Assembly: GCA_963705305.1 (NCBI GenBank)
Contig: OY970067.1
Span: 2,048,001 to 2,112,000 of the forward strand
Source: an uncultured Methylomirabilota bacterium
GTDB taxonomy: Bacteria; Methylomirabilota; Methylomirabilia; Methylomirabilales; 2-02-FULL-66-22
Length of the DNA stretch: 64,000 nucleotides
Direction of reading: 5' to 3'
Positions 53,816 to 63,697 of this stretch are shown here, in pieces. Position 1 is the first letter of the stretch; each line of letters starts with the position of its first letter. The position numbers and the translations under genes are program-made. The notes under the pieces are model-generated. The model was not told where the DNA came from, did not search any database, and saw only the letters and a program-made list of their open reading frames with translations.

Positions 53816-55663
53816 TCAATGAGTTGTCGACCGGTTGTCGGTTACCTCTTCCCCGCCTTCGGCCAGCTTGTTTATCAGCTCCTTGTCAGGCTTGACGATG
53901 ACCGTCTTCTCCTGGGTGATGGTCACCAGGCCGGGGGGAGACTTGCGGGGCTTACGCACGTATTTCTTCAGCGTGTAGCTCACCGCGACCTTCCCGTGAG
54001 AGCGGGCCTGGCTGTAGTAGGCCGCCAGCTGGGCCGCCTCGATCAGAGTCCGGCGAGGCACGCCGCCCGCCCGTCCCTGCATGCGGACCACCACGTGGGA
54101 GCCCGGAAACCCCTCGACGTGCAGCCACAGGTCCTCGGATCTCGCCAGGTGGACGGTCAGATGGTCGTTCCCCGCGTTGTCGCGGCCGACCAGGATGGGA
54201 AGCCCCTCCGACGAGACGAACCGCCGCGGCTCCGGCCCCTGTGTCCGGCCGCGAGGCGGCCTGACCCCGGCGGGCCGCGGGGGGGCGGCCGGAGACCGGG
54301 AGGGAGCGGCAGTCGGCCGGCCGGCCGATGACCCCAGCGCGGCCCGATCCCGCGGCGTCAGGAGGCGCGACACGGATTCCAGTTCCGACCGAATCGTCTC
54401 GAGGGCCCGCCGGTCCGGCGCCTCTTCGACTCGCCGCGCCCAGCCCTGGACCCGCCCCAGATCGGTCTCGGTTTCGGCCAGGCGGCCGGCAACGCGGGAG
54501 GCCCCGCGCCGCCCGCGGCGGGCCGCATTGAAGAGCCGCTCGGCATTGGCGGCCGGCGACAGGGCGGGGTCCAGAGGAATGGTCAGGGTCGCGTCGGGGC
54601 CGCCGGCGTAATCCGGCAACGTCACAGCCGACGCCCCCCGGGGAACCTCGGACTGCCGGGCCACCAGCGCCTCTCCCATCCGCCGGTACGTGTCGGCCCG
54701 GGCGAACTCCAGGGACTCGGCGCTCAGCTTGTCCCGCCGCGTTCGGAGGCGTTCGTCCAGGCGCCGCAGGAGCTGGTGGAGGAATCCCTGTAGGGCGGCA
54801 TGGCTCCGCAGATCCTGTTGGACGGCTGCCAGCCGCTCGACGGCGACCCCGAGGGACGGGCAGGGATCCTGTCGCTCATCCGGCAGGTGGCGCAGCCGAA
54901 GCGGGCAGGCGGCAACGGGCTGGCCGGCGGCGCCCAGGATGAGACGGGGTTCCCAGGGGCCGGATTCGACCTCCCCAAGCAGGTCGGCCAATGCCCGGGC
55001 CAGGGCGCTTGCGGTGCCGTCCGTCGCCCTGGCGACGACCTCTTCGGCCCAGAGATCGGTGAGACCGGCGAGCGCCTGACGCAGGGCCAGCGGGGGAGCG
55101 ACGCCGGCGGCGATCTGCGGCGCCAGGATCTCGGCGAGGGCGGCAGGGTCGCCGACCAGCCGGGGGTCCGGCCGAAGCGGAGCCGGCGGCGGGATGTACG
55201 GCTCGCCGGGAGCGAGGCGGCGACCCTTGGCGGCCGAGACCCGCCGTGCCGATTCCAGGATGCGGCCGGTCGAGGCATCCACGAGGAAGAGATTGGGAGC
55301 CCGCCCGAAGAGCTCGACCACGAGGCGGCAGCCGCCCCCTGCGGGAGGCACGGGCGCGAACTCCAGGCTGACGATCCGGTCCAGGCCGCGCTGGGTAAGG
55401 CCCTGGAAGCGGGCCTCGACCAGATGCTGGCGCGCCAGGGCGGCCAGGGGCGATGGCTGCGGCAGGCGGGGCGGGCGCGGGGCCCCTCGGGCCAGGCGGG
55501 GGAGGACCTCGTCCGCGTCGACCAGCAGCGCCTCGGCTCCGCGGGGGGTGAGGAGCTCGATCCAGAGGCCCGTCGGCCCGGCCGGATGGACGGCCCTCAC
55601 CGTTGTCTCGAGAAGGGCGCGTCGGGCGTCTTCGACCGTCGCCACGAGCATCAGCGCATCCAT
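53816..55663 (-). CDS. NFACT/RqcH (fibronectin-binding protein A family)
   Basis: LDRIV, VELFG..N; C-terminal NFACT-R VGRDNAGND, LWLHV..PGSHV. Confidence 0.88.
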   Translation of the reverse strand: MDALMLVATVEDARRALLETTVRAVHPAGPTGLWIELLTPRGAEALLVDADEVLPRLARGAPRPPRLPQPSPLAALARQHLVEARFQGLTQRGLDRIVSLEFAPVPPAGGGCRLVVELFGRAPNLFLVDASTGRILESARRVSAAKGRRLAPGEPYIPPPAPLRPDPRLVGDPAALAEILAPQIAAGVAPPLALRQALAGLTDLWAEEVVARATDGTASALARALADLLGEVESGPWEPRLILGAAGQPVAACPLRLRHLPDERQDPCPSLGVAVERLAAVQQDLRSHAALQGFLHQLLRRLDERLRTRRDKLSAESLEFARADTYRRMGEALVARQSEVPRGASAVTLPDYAGGPDATLTIPLDPALSPAANAERLFNAARRGRRGASRVAGRLAETETDLGRVQGWARRVEEAPDRRALETIRSELESVSRLLTPRDRAALGSSAGRPTAAPSRSPAAPPRPAGVRPPRGRTQGPEPRRFVSSEGLPILVGRDNAGNDHLTVHLARSEDLWLHVEGFPGSHVVVRMQGRAGGVPRRTLIEAAQLAAYYSQARSHGKVAVSYTLKKYVRKPRKSPPGLVTITQEKTVIVKPDKELINKLAEGGEEVTDNRSTTH

Positions 55664-55946
55664 GCCCGCACTATACCCCACGTGGGGAATGGCCAGACAG
55701 CATAAAATGCTTCATTCCAGGGAATGGGGCGGCGAAGAAGGGAGCCTAAGTAAGCGAATCGACGAAGCCCAGCAGGGGTGGCGGGAATCGTTGCGCTGCC
55801 TCTCCTGGGCTTTTCGTTGGGGATGCGACTGCCCCCCAAATTTTTCCCAACCTCAGCAGAACTACCGCTCCCCAAATCCAAGCCGGAATCCGCTCTGCCT
55901 TGAATCCGCAGCCCCCCGTGCTTACTGATACGGGGGGCGTTTGCGG

Positions 55947-55975
55947 TTGACAGCCCGTCCGCGCGGCGATACTTT
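55947..55975 (+). promoter_or_regulatory. Sigma70-type promoter
   Basis: TTGACA-17 bp-TACTTT. Confidence 0.45.
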
Positions 55976-56022
55976 TTTGACCGACTGTTCGCCAGAGTTC
56001 TCTCCTGCGGTCCAGGGGGTGT

Positions 56023-57252
56023 TATGCGGAAGCCTTATAGCATCCCGACCACCTCGGTTCTAATCTTCACCCATCATTGCCAGGGCCTGAATAGCGTCAG
56101 TAGGCGGGGGCTTATACGGACCCGATGCAAGATTGGGCTAACGACCAGATCTTGAGCGAAAACCCGTGAGGAAAATGGGTAACACTCCGGCACCGAGGGT
56201 CCCCGAAGGACCCGAAAGGAGTGTGACCCATGGAGAGGATCGGCAAGGCGGGAGGAAAGAGGAAGAGGAACCCCGCCCCGCGGAAGGGAACACGGCGGGT
56301 GGGGCGGCCGCACGCGTACGCCTACCCGTTTGAGACCCGGCGCAAGGCGGTGCGGCTCTGCCTGGAGGAAGGGTCCCCCCCCAAGCAGGTCGCCCGCGAG
56401 CTGGGCGTCGGGGCGGTGTACCGGCAGTTCCACCCGCAGGTCTCCCGCCGCACGCTGCAGGCGCTGACCGCGACGCTGCGGCGGGAGCGGGCCCAGCAGC
56501 GCCAGGCCGCCTGCCGCCACATCACCTGGCACGTACCCGGCTTGGTCTGGTCCCTGGACGACGCGGAACTGGCGCGACGGCCCCACCAGGTCCTGCGCTT
56601 GCATCAAGTACAGGATCTCGCCTCCCGCTATAAGTTCCCCCCGTGGGTGGACGAACGGATCTTGGGAGCAACCGTGGCCGTGCGCCTGGAACACCTGTTC
56701 GTGCAGTATGGCCCGCCGCTGGTGCTCAAGCGGGACAACGGGTCCAATCTCAATCAGCAGGCGGTCGAGGAGGTGCTGGCCCGGTACGGGGTCCTGCCGC
56801 TGAACTCGCCTCCCCATTACCCGCCCTACAACGGCGGGATGGAGCGCGCGGTCGGGGAACTGAAGGTGCCGCTGGCGGCGAAGCTCCGCGCCAGTGGTCC
56901 GATCCCGGCGTCCCAGGTGCAAGGCTGTGCGGAGATGTTGGCGCACGACCTGAACCATCGCCCCCGCCGCTGTCTCAAGGGGCGCATGGCCTGCCAGGTG
57001 TTCCAGGATGCGCGGCGAGCGCTGCAGGCGTATACTCGCCGCAAGCGGAGGGAGATCTTCGAGGAGATCGACGCCCTGACCCGGGCGCTCGTCCAGACCC
57101 AGGCGGTTCCCACCCCACGCCAAACCGAAACCGCCCGGCGGCTGGCGGTCGAGACCTGGTTACAGAGCAAGGGGGTGATCACCATCACCCAAAACAAGGA
57201 AGTGTTACCCGTTCTCCTCAAACAAATCGCTCATAATTAGGTTGGCCGCACA
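56023..57252 (+). mobile_element. Degenerate DDE (rve) insertion sequence; transposase ORF 56230-57240
   Basis: WSLD, KRDNGS, PPYNGGMER; HTH abruptly joined to the core; weak IRs TATGCGG.. / ..CCGCACA. Confidence 0.7.
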
Positions 57253-57400
57253 CTTCCCGGAAGAGCAATTCTTCGCGCGGAACCCGCTACCGGCAGATTG
57301 GAAAGTATTGAGAAGGGCACCAAGGTCGACGGATCGCTCATCCTAAGGAGCGCAAGAATGCATCAGCGAGATGCCACCACCGATTGGAGTCGGTGACCTG

Positions 57401-58609
57401 ATGCTGACACCGCTCCTGATCTTCCTCGGCACCTACTTCGTCCTCGCGGTGGGGCGTCTGCCCGCCTCGCGTGTGGATCGCACGGGGGCTGCCATCATTG
57501 GGGCCAGCCTGATGGTGGGGTTCGGCGTGCTCTCGCTGGAGGAAGCGTTCCATGCGATCAACTACGAGACGCTCATCCTGCTCTTCGGGATGATGCTCGT
57601 GGTCGCCCATCTCCGGCTCTCGGGCTTTTTCGCGTTGGTCGCCAGTTGGGTCGTCCGGCGCATCCACCGGCCCTTCTATCTGTTGTGCGCCATTGTTGGC
57701 GTGGCGGGCACGTTCTCGGCCTTCTTCGTCAACGACACGATGTGCCTGGTGTTGACGCCGCTGGTCTGCGACATCGCCACCCGCCTGAAGCGCGATCCTG
57801 TCCCCTACCTCCTGGCGGTGGCCACGGCCGCCAACATCGGCAGCGTGGCCACCATCACGGGCAACCCCCAGAACATGTTGATTGGCACCTTCTCGCAGAT
57901 TCCCTACCGCACCTTTGCCGCGCACCTGGCCCCCATTGCCGCCGTGGGATTGGGGCTCACGATCCTGCTGATCTCCCTGGTGTATCGCACGGAGTTCGCC
58001 GGGCATGCCAGGGTGGACATCGACGAGCGGCGTATCCGCGTGCACCGCGGGCTCCTCTGGAGATCGATCCTCGGGGCCGCGTGCATGCTCGTCCTGTTCT
58101 TTGCCGACTGGTCCGTCCCCAAGGTGGCCATCGTCGTGGGGGCCCTGCTGCTGGTCACCCGCCGGGTGAAACCCGAGAAGATCTACCGCGAGATCGACTG
58201 GTCCCTGCTGGTCCTGTTCGCCGGTCTCTTCATCGTGATTGCCGGGGTCGAGAAGACCGCGCTCCTGGACGATTTGGCCGCCTTGGCTGCCCACCTGCAG
58301 CTGAACCGCATCGCCGTCTTGAGCGGCCTGGCGGCGGTGCTCTCCAACGCGGTGAGCAACGTCCCCGCGGTCCTGCTGTTCAAGCCCTTGATGGCGCACC
58401 TCACCAACCCGCCACGCAGCTGGCTGGCGCTGGCCATGTCCTCCACGTTGGCCGGGAATCTCACGCTCCTCGGCTCCATTGCCAACTTGATTGTCGTGGA
58501 ACGCGCCCGCCACACCGTTCGGATCTCCTTCACCGAGCACCTGAAGATCGGTGTGCCCCTGACGATCCTCAGCATTCTCGCGGGTGTATTGCTGTTGACG
58601 CCGTGGTAG
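57401..58609 (+). CDS. ArsB/NhaD/CitMHS-type anion transporter
   Basis: FVNDT, AANIGSVATITGNPQN, VSNVP, AGNLTLLGSIANLIV. Confidence 0.9.
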   Translation: MLTPLLIFLGTYFVLAVGRLPASRVDRTGAAIIGASLMVGFGVLSLEEAFHAINYETLILLFGMMLVVAHLRLSGFFALVASWVVRRIHRPFYLLCAIVGVAGTFSAFFVNDTMCLVLTPLVCDIATRLKRDPVPYLLAVATAANIGSVATITGNPQNMLIGTFSQIPYRTFAAHLAPIAAVGLGLTILLISLVYRTEFAGHARVDIDERRIRVHRGLLWRSILGAACMLVLFFADWSVPKVAIVVGALLLVTRRVKPEKIYREIDWSLLVLFAGLFIVIAGVEKTALLDDLAALAAHLQLNRIAVLSGLAAVLSNAVSNVPAVLLFKPLMAHLTNPPRSWLALAMSSTLAGNLTLLGSIANLIVVERARHTVRISFTEHLKIGVPLTILSILAGVLLLTPW

Positions 58610-58958
58610 GCGGATTCCTGCCCGCGGGGCCCTCATGCTCCAGACTTCGGGCGAACGCCACTGGCTCCTGCCAGTGCCCATATCTGAAAGCGCTACTCCG
58701 GGCAAGGCCAATAACATTCGCTGCGCAAGAGCCCCGCGGCAGGATTGGGGATAGACCACGCCTGGCCCGGCCCAGCGCGCCCGAAGGTGGGGCGCAGGGC
58801 CGGCGGACGATCCCGCGCGCGGTTGTGGGTGGTTCGGTCTCCCTCCCTACGGGTTGCGGGCCTCGGGTGCCGGTGTCATCGGAACCATATCTTCGCCGTC
58901 ATCGCGGCATGATGGTGTCCCGGAGGGACGTCGCAATCAGATTCCGAGCGTCTCCCGC

Positions 58959-60034
58959 TCATGGGCACTTCGCGCTGGTCCCTCCGTGGACGACGCCGGG
59001 CGGGCCGCCGGGTCGCGGGTCCGGTTCCCGCTTGGTCAGGATCCAATAGGTGGCTTCCGCCAAGTGGCGCGCGACCGCGCCGATTGCCGTCGCGTGCCCC
59101 TTCCGCTGCTGGATGCGCGTATAGAGGCAACGGACGTGGCGGTGCGGCCGGGCGGGGCGCGTGCGGTCGGTGGGACTCGCCGCCTCGACGAAGGCCCACT
59201 TGAGGTAGCGAGTGATGTCCACCCGGAGCTGGCCGTAGTGGACGCGGCCCCCGCTGGCGTGCACGCGCGGCGTGGTGCCGGCATAGGCGGCGAGCTGCGC
59301 CGCGCGCGGGAAGCGGCGGATGTCGCCGATCTCCAGGCGGAGGACCACGGCCAGCACCCACCCGACCCCGGGGAGCGTCCGGAGGAGCTGGAGCTCCGGG
59401 GTGGGCGCAAAGACCGCGCGCCGGCGCGGCTCGAAGCCCTCGATCTGGGCCGACACAACGTCCAGCTGCTCCAGGAGGCGCTCCGTGGCGGTCCCGACTG
59501 TGCGGCGCCAGCAGGGGGAGGGCGGTGGTGAGGAGCCACTGGCGCCCGCGGCGCCCGAAGAGATCGCTCGTCCCCTCCAGGCGCAGGCCGGTCCTTGGCC
59601 AGGGTGGCGTGGATCCGATTCTTGAGCCGGGTGCGCTCCCGGGTGAGGACCATGCGGGTGCGGGGGAGATCCCGCTGATCCCGGAGGGGGCCGGGCGGGA
59701 TCCACACCGTGGGGAGCGTCCCGGCCCGCTGCAGCCGGGTCCGCCCCCGCGCGTCGAGCGTGTCGGTCTTGGTCCCCAGGCCGCGCAGGAGCTTCGCCTT
59801 GCGCGCGTGGACCAGCTGCGGGACCTGGCCGGCCGCTTCGATCTCGTCCACGATCCAGTCCCAGGTGCCGACGGTCTCGACCGCCACCGGCGAACCCCGC
59901 TCGCGGGTCGCGAGGAATTGCTGCAGGGCGCCCCGGACGTGGTCGATCCGGCCCTCGTACCGGCGCTGGCCGTCCTCCGTCTCCACCGAGACCTGGGTGT
60001 ACCGCTTGTGGGCATCGAACGCGATGTACTCCAT
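58959..60034 (-). pseudogene. IS110-family transposase, frameshifted
   Basis: FDAHK, VETVG, KTDTLDA (DEDD); [19 protein letters not shown]; +1 shifts near 59590 and 59494. Confidence 0.88.
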
Positions 60035-60235
60035 GGCAGCGCGCCTCCTCTCAGCGGGGACCCCGCCCGCACCCCCTCCCGGGTCGACCGCAGCATACGC
60101 TGCAGTGCTCAGGAGGCGCAGCGCTTTCATAGCATCAGATTCGCCCTGCCCGTTGCACAAAGGTGTTGAATAGCGTCGGGGATTGGAGCACAAACTCCTT
60201 GTGCTTACTGCGCAGAGGGGGTGCACAAATCGGAG

Positions 60236-60286
60236 ACGTTGCAAGTTTCGTCAGCCTACGCGAATATGCCTCAATCGTGCCCCACC
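60236..60286. repeat. ~50-bp imperfect direct repeat, copy A
   Basis: Matches 63148-63197 with 5 substitutions and 1 gap. Confidence 0.8.
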
Positions 60287-60308
60287 ACGCATCGACTCCT
60301 GTCGACCG

Positions 60309-60974
60309 CTACGCCTCGGACCGGAGAAACGCCACGAACTCATCGAGCGCCCGCTGCTCTTCGGCGGTCAGCTTCGAGAAGGACTCCGACTGGGCGGCAA
60401 AGGCGAAGGCGCGTTCGCGCACGTCAGGTGGCACCTCCCGGACGGCGCCGGCGAGGACCGCAAGCTTGCGATCGGGGATCCCGAAGAAGGTCGCGAGCCG
60501 GTGGAGCGTCAGCGGGGACGGCCGGTATCCGGGATTCCGCTCGAGCGCGGCCAACTCCTGCCGATCCACCCCCGTCTTGTCGGCTAGGCCCGCGACCGTG
60601 AGCCCGCGCGACCGGCGGAGCATCTGGATCACCCGATGAAAGGCCTCCCGCACCTCCTGGATTTCGGGATCCTTCGCGGTCATGACCACGGTCAGCCTCT
60701 GGTTCAGCGCGCGGGCGATGCGATCCAGCATCGTCAGCGACCGCCCCTCGTAGTCGGCATCCTCGAGCCGGCTAATCACGGACTGGGTCGTGCCGATGAG
60801 CTCGGCGAGCTGCTGCTGGGACAGCTCCGCGGCGGTCCGCATGTCGTGGATGAGGCGGGCTGCCTCGGCATTGACGCGTTCCTCCTGGAGGGCGGCCTTC
60901 CGTTCGGGATCGTCCTTCACGTATCGACCGTGAAGGATCTGGACAGCGTTCCGGGTCCGCTCCTTCTTGGCCAT
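60309..60974 (-). CDS. HigA-like antitoxin with two XRE HTH domains
   Basis: SQQQLAELIGTTQSVISRLEDADY, then a second HTH LTVAGLADKTGV...LE; GAGGAG RBS. Confidence 0.85.
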   Translation of the reverse strand: MAKKERTRNAVQILHGRYVKDDPERKAALQEERVNAEAARLIHDMRTAAELSQQQLAELIGTTQSVISRLEDADYEGRSLTMLDRIARALNQRLTVVMTAKDPEIQEVREAFHRVIQMLRRSRGLTVAGLADKTGVDRQELAALERNPGYRPSPLTLHRLATFFGIPDRKLAVLAGAVREVPPDVRERAFAFAAQSESFSKLTAEEQRALDEFVAFLRSEA

Positions 60975-60978
60975 GGCG

Positions 60979-61341
60979 TCACTCCTCGTAGGTGTGTTTC
61001 TGCGGGTTCTGTTCAAACCGTGCCCGATTCCGGAGAGCCCGGTCGATCTCCGCCGGCGGGACAGCGCCCTCCTTGGTGCACCCATGGCTGAGGACAGCAC
61101 GGCCACCGTGGAAGAAATAGAGCATCCGGTACTGGACGTTTCCTTGCCGGGCACGCAGCTCATAGATACCGTCGCGCAGTAGATCCGCCTCGGGTCGTCG
61201 CAGCTCATGACCGAGCTCCGCGAGGCGCTCGATCCGTACGATGCACTTGTCCTGCACTTTCGACGAAAGGTCATCCAGCCAGGCCAGCAGGGGCGCAGAC
61301 CCATCGTCCTCAGCGAAGAACACCACATCGGTTTGTGGCAT
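60979..61341 (-). CDS. RelE/HigB-like toxin (Gp49/DUF891 type)
   Basis: LRRPEADLLRDGIYELR..YRMLYFF...HGCTKE; lies upstream of the HTH antitoxin. Confidence 0.88.
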   Translation of the reverse strand: MPQTDVVFFAEDDGSAPLLAWLDDLSSKVQDKCIVRIERLAELGHELRRPEADLLRDGIYELRARQGNVQYRMLYFFHGGRAVLSHGCTKEGAVPPAEIDRALRNRARFEQNPQKHTYEE

Positions 61342-61785
61342 CGGGCGTGCCCTCGGGCGTGCTTCGTACCGGACGAAGTATCGCATAATTGCTATAAACG
61401 TGTCAACGCTTTTTTGCGATATTTGTGATAGCTCACCAAACGTGTTCGGCTCGAGCAGATCAGGAATTCTGAAAAAATAGGGGACCCGGCCGTTTCTGCG
61501 CTGTCAAGGCACATTCCTCCTCGCGATGCCGAGTCCTGAACGCATCTCACACCTGCTGCCTGCCGTCGTTCCCCCGGGACCGCTCCCGGATGGTCTCTCA
61601 CGCCCCACCGTAGTGGTCGCATCCGGCCTGCTCGCTGCCACCCGAGCGGCCTACCCGGCCTCGTCCGGGCTGCTGAGAGCGGGAGCGGCGCGCCAGGGTC
61701 CCCCGGCGGTCCCACCGGGCCGCCACGTTGCATGAATCGCGCTGCCAGCTCCCCGGGGAAGACAGACGCTGTCCCGCCGGCCGGC

Positions 61786-62991
61786 TCAGCGGACCTGCCG
61801 CTGGAGCCCGCCCGTCCGGCGTGGGTCGTACGGGGTCCCGCTCCGCCACACGCCCCAGACGACCCGGAGCACTTTCGCCGCCAGTTCGACGATCGCCTTG
61901 AAGCCAGCGAAGCGGTCCCCCTGGCGCTTCGCTTTCAAGGCGGCGAGCCGGGCCCGCCCCGCGGCGGTCCGCGCCAGTCCCAGCGCCGCGTGGTACAGCG
62001 CCCAACGCAGAAGGCTGCGCCCGCACTTGGAGATTCGCGCCTGCCCCGCGAACTGCCCGGATTGCACCCGCACGATGTCCAGCCCCGCGAGCTTCCGGAG
62101 CTGGGAGAACTTCGTGAACCAGGCGATGTCCCCGATCTCGGCCAGGAGGATCGCGGCCACGGTCGGCCCGACCCCCGGGATCGTCCGGAGGAGCGCGTAG
62201 GCCGGGAGCCGCTCGGCGAGGGGCGTCAGGGCCTGCTCGACCGCGGCGGTGCGGGCCTGAACAGCATCGACCTGGGCCCCGAGGTCCGCACAGGCCGTGG
62301 CGAGCCCGACCGGCAGCCGTCCCTTCGCCACCGCTGGGCGCCCGGGGGCCGCCGGCTCCCAGGCCTGGAGCACCGCCGGCAGCTCCGCCCGCAGGCGGTT
62401 GGGCAGGGGCTCCCCCATCGGCCCGAGGGCCGGGCGGAGGGTCGTGCGCCAGCGCGCCTTGCAGGCCGCCAGCTCGCTCCGGGCCCGGCGGAGGCACTTG
62501 ACCAAGTGCCGCAACTCGACGCGGGGGCCATCGGGCCGGCTGTAGAACAGCACCTTCCCCTGTTCGAGGAGGTCGGCGCAGTTGGCGGCGTCCTTCCGGT
62601 CGCCCTTGTCCCAGGTCCCGTCCTGGGTCCGGCGGTTCCAGTAGGCCACGCTGCTGGAGAACAGGACGACGTCGGCGCCCTGCGTCTCCAGGAACACCGC
62701 GAGGGCCTGGTGGTAGGTCCCCGTGGGCTCGAGGCCACAGACCACCTCGCGGCACCCGGTGCTCCGCTGGGCCTGCTGGATCCGCGCCCAGAGCTGGGCG
62801 AAGCCCCGGGTGGTGTTCGGGATCGTGAGGGTGGGCACGACCACCCGGGTGTGGGCCTGCCGGAGGTGCACCACGTGTTCGACTTGGGCGACGTCGATCC
62901 CGACCAGGAGGCGCTGGCGGTTGATGCGTAAGGTGGCCTTCAGCTCCCGGAACCGCTTGACACGCGTGGCATTGTCTCGCATCGTAGCCAT
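61786..62991 (-). CDS. IS110-family transposase (intact)
   Basis: GIDVA, GLEPTG, KGDRKDA (DEDD); TIPGVGP, EIGD, VQSG, ISKCG. Confidence 0.92.
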   Translation of the reverse strand: MATMRDNATRVKRFRELKATLRINRQRLLVGIDVAQVEHVVHLRQAHTRVVVPTLTIPNTTRGFAQLWARIQQAQRSTGCREVVCGLEPTGTYHQALAVFLETQGADVVLFSSSVAYWNRRTQDGTWDKGDRKDAANCADLLEQGKVLFYSRPDGPRVELRHLVKCLRRARSELAACKARWRTTLRPALGPMGEPLPNRLRAELPAVLQAWEPAAPGRPAVAKGRLPVGLATACADLGAQVDAVQARTAAVEQALTPLAERLPAYALLRTIPGVGPTVAAILLAEIGDIAWFTKFSQLRKLAGLDIVRVQSGQFAGQARISKCGRSLLRWALYHAALGLARTAAGRARLAALKAKRQGDRFAGFKAIVELAAKVLRVVWGVWRSGTPYDPRRTGGLQRQVR

Positions 62992-63147
62992 GGGGTTCTT
63001 CCTCCTCTGTACGGGGTGAGTGGATGGCTCTCTGCACACCCCTACCAATAGCGAGGAAGAACCCCTTTTGGAACCTGCCATTTTCACCAGAAGGGGCCCA
63101 GACTGTGGGAGTCTAGTCGCTGGTACCTGGTTCATGCGGGTAATACT

Positions 63148-63197
63148 ACGCTGCAAGTTTTGTAAGCTTACGGAATATGTCTCAATCGTGCCCCACC
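63148..63197. repeat. ~50-bp imperfect direct repeat, copy B
   Basis: Matches 60236-60286. Confidence 0.8.
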
Positions 63198-63540
63198 CCG
63201 CAGGAATAGTCAATGTAGTCATCCGCATTCCGGGTTGCACGACCAGCATGGGAAATCCGCGCTTTCCCACCAGGTCTGGAGACCGCGCACGCACACCTAG
63301 ACCCGTGCCGGGGATCTTTCTACGAGGACTGGATTCTGCCCGGGCCCTCAAATCAAAGATAACGAAAACTGCAGGCCCCTATTGCTGGGTCACCGTCCAC
63401 GCGGAGGCGCCGCTTGCTGATCGCACACATCTGCTGCTCCACACGGCCGTCCAGAACGCGTTGGTCATGCGGGAGAAATCGGCTGGCGCCGGACCGATTT
63501 CGGTTGCGCAGGTTAGGGTGCGCCCCTATCCTCTCCTTTA

Positions 63541-63652
63541 AAGAGGGGAGTAGATCAACCTCCACCCAGGTGACACCGTCAGGACGATCGCCCGCTCGAA
63601 GGCGGCGATCCGGTTCACCGGCGGGACCCGATTCCCGTGATCGAGACCTCCT
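63541..63652 (+). ncRNA. yybP-ykoY (Mn2+) riboswitch
   Basis: GGGGAGTAG, CGTCAGGACG, CCGG and CGAGACCT in canonical order upstream of a TerC/Alx gene. Confidence 0.85.
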
Positions 63653-63684
63653 GTGTCGAAGCGGACGCGGGAGGTTTTTGTTTT
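63646..63684 (+). terminator. Riboswitch expression-platform terminator
   Basis: ACCTCCTGTGTC-6 nt-GACGCGGGAGGT + TTTTGTTTT; overlaps the 3' strand of the aptamer. Confidence 0.8.
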
Positions 63685-63697
63685 CAGGAGAGGACCT

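Noticed and set aside
60236..63197. Integron attC or Xer dif sites
   Set aside because: No RYYYAAC...GTTRRRY framing, no XerD-arm consensus, and no integron integrase in the window.
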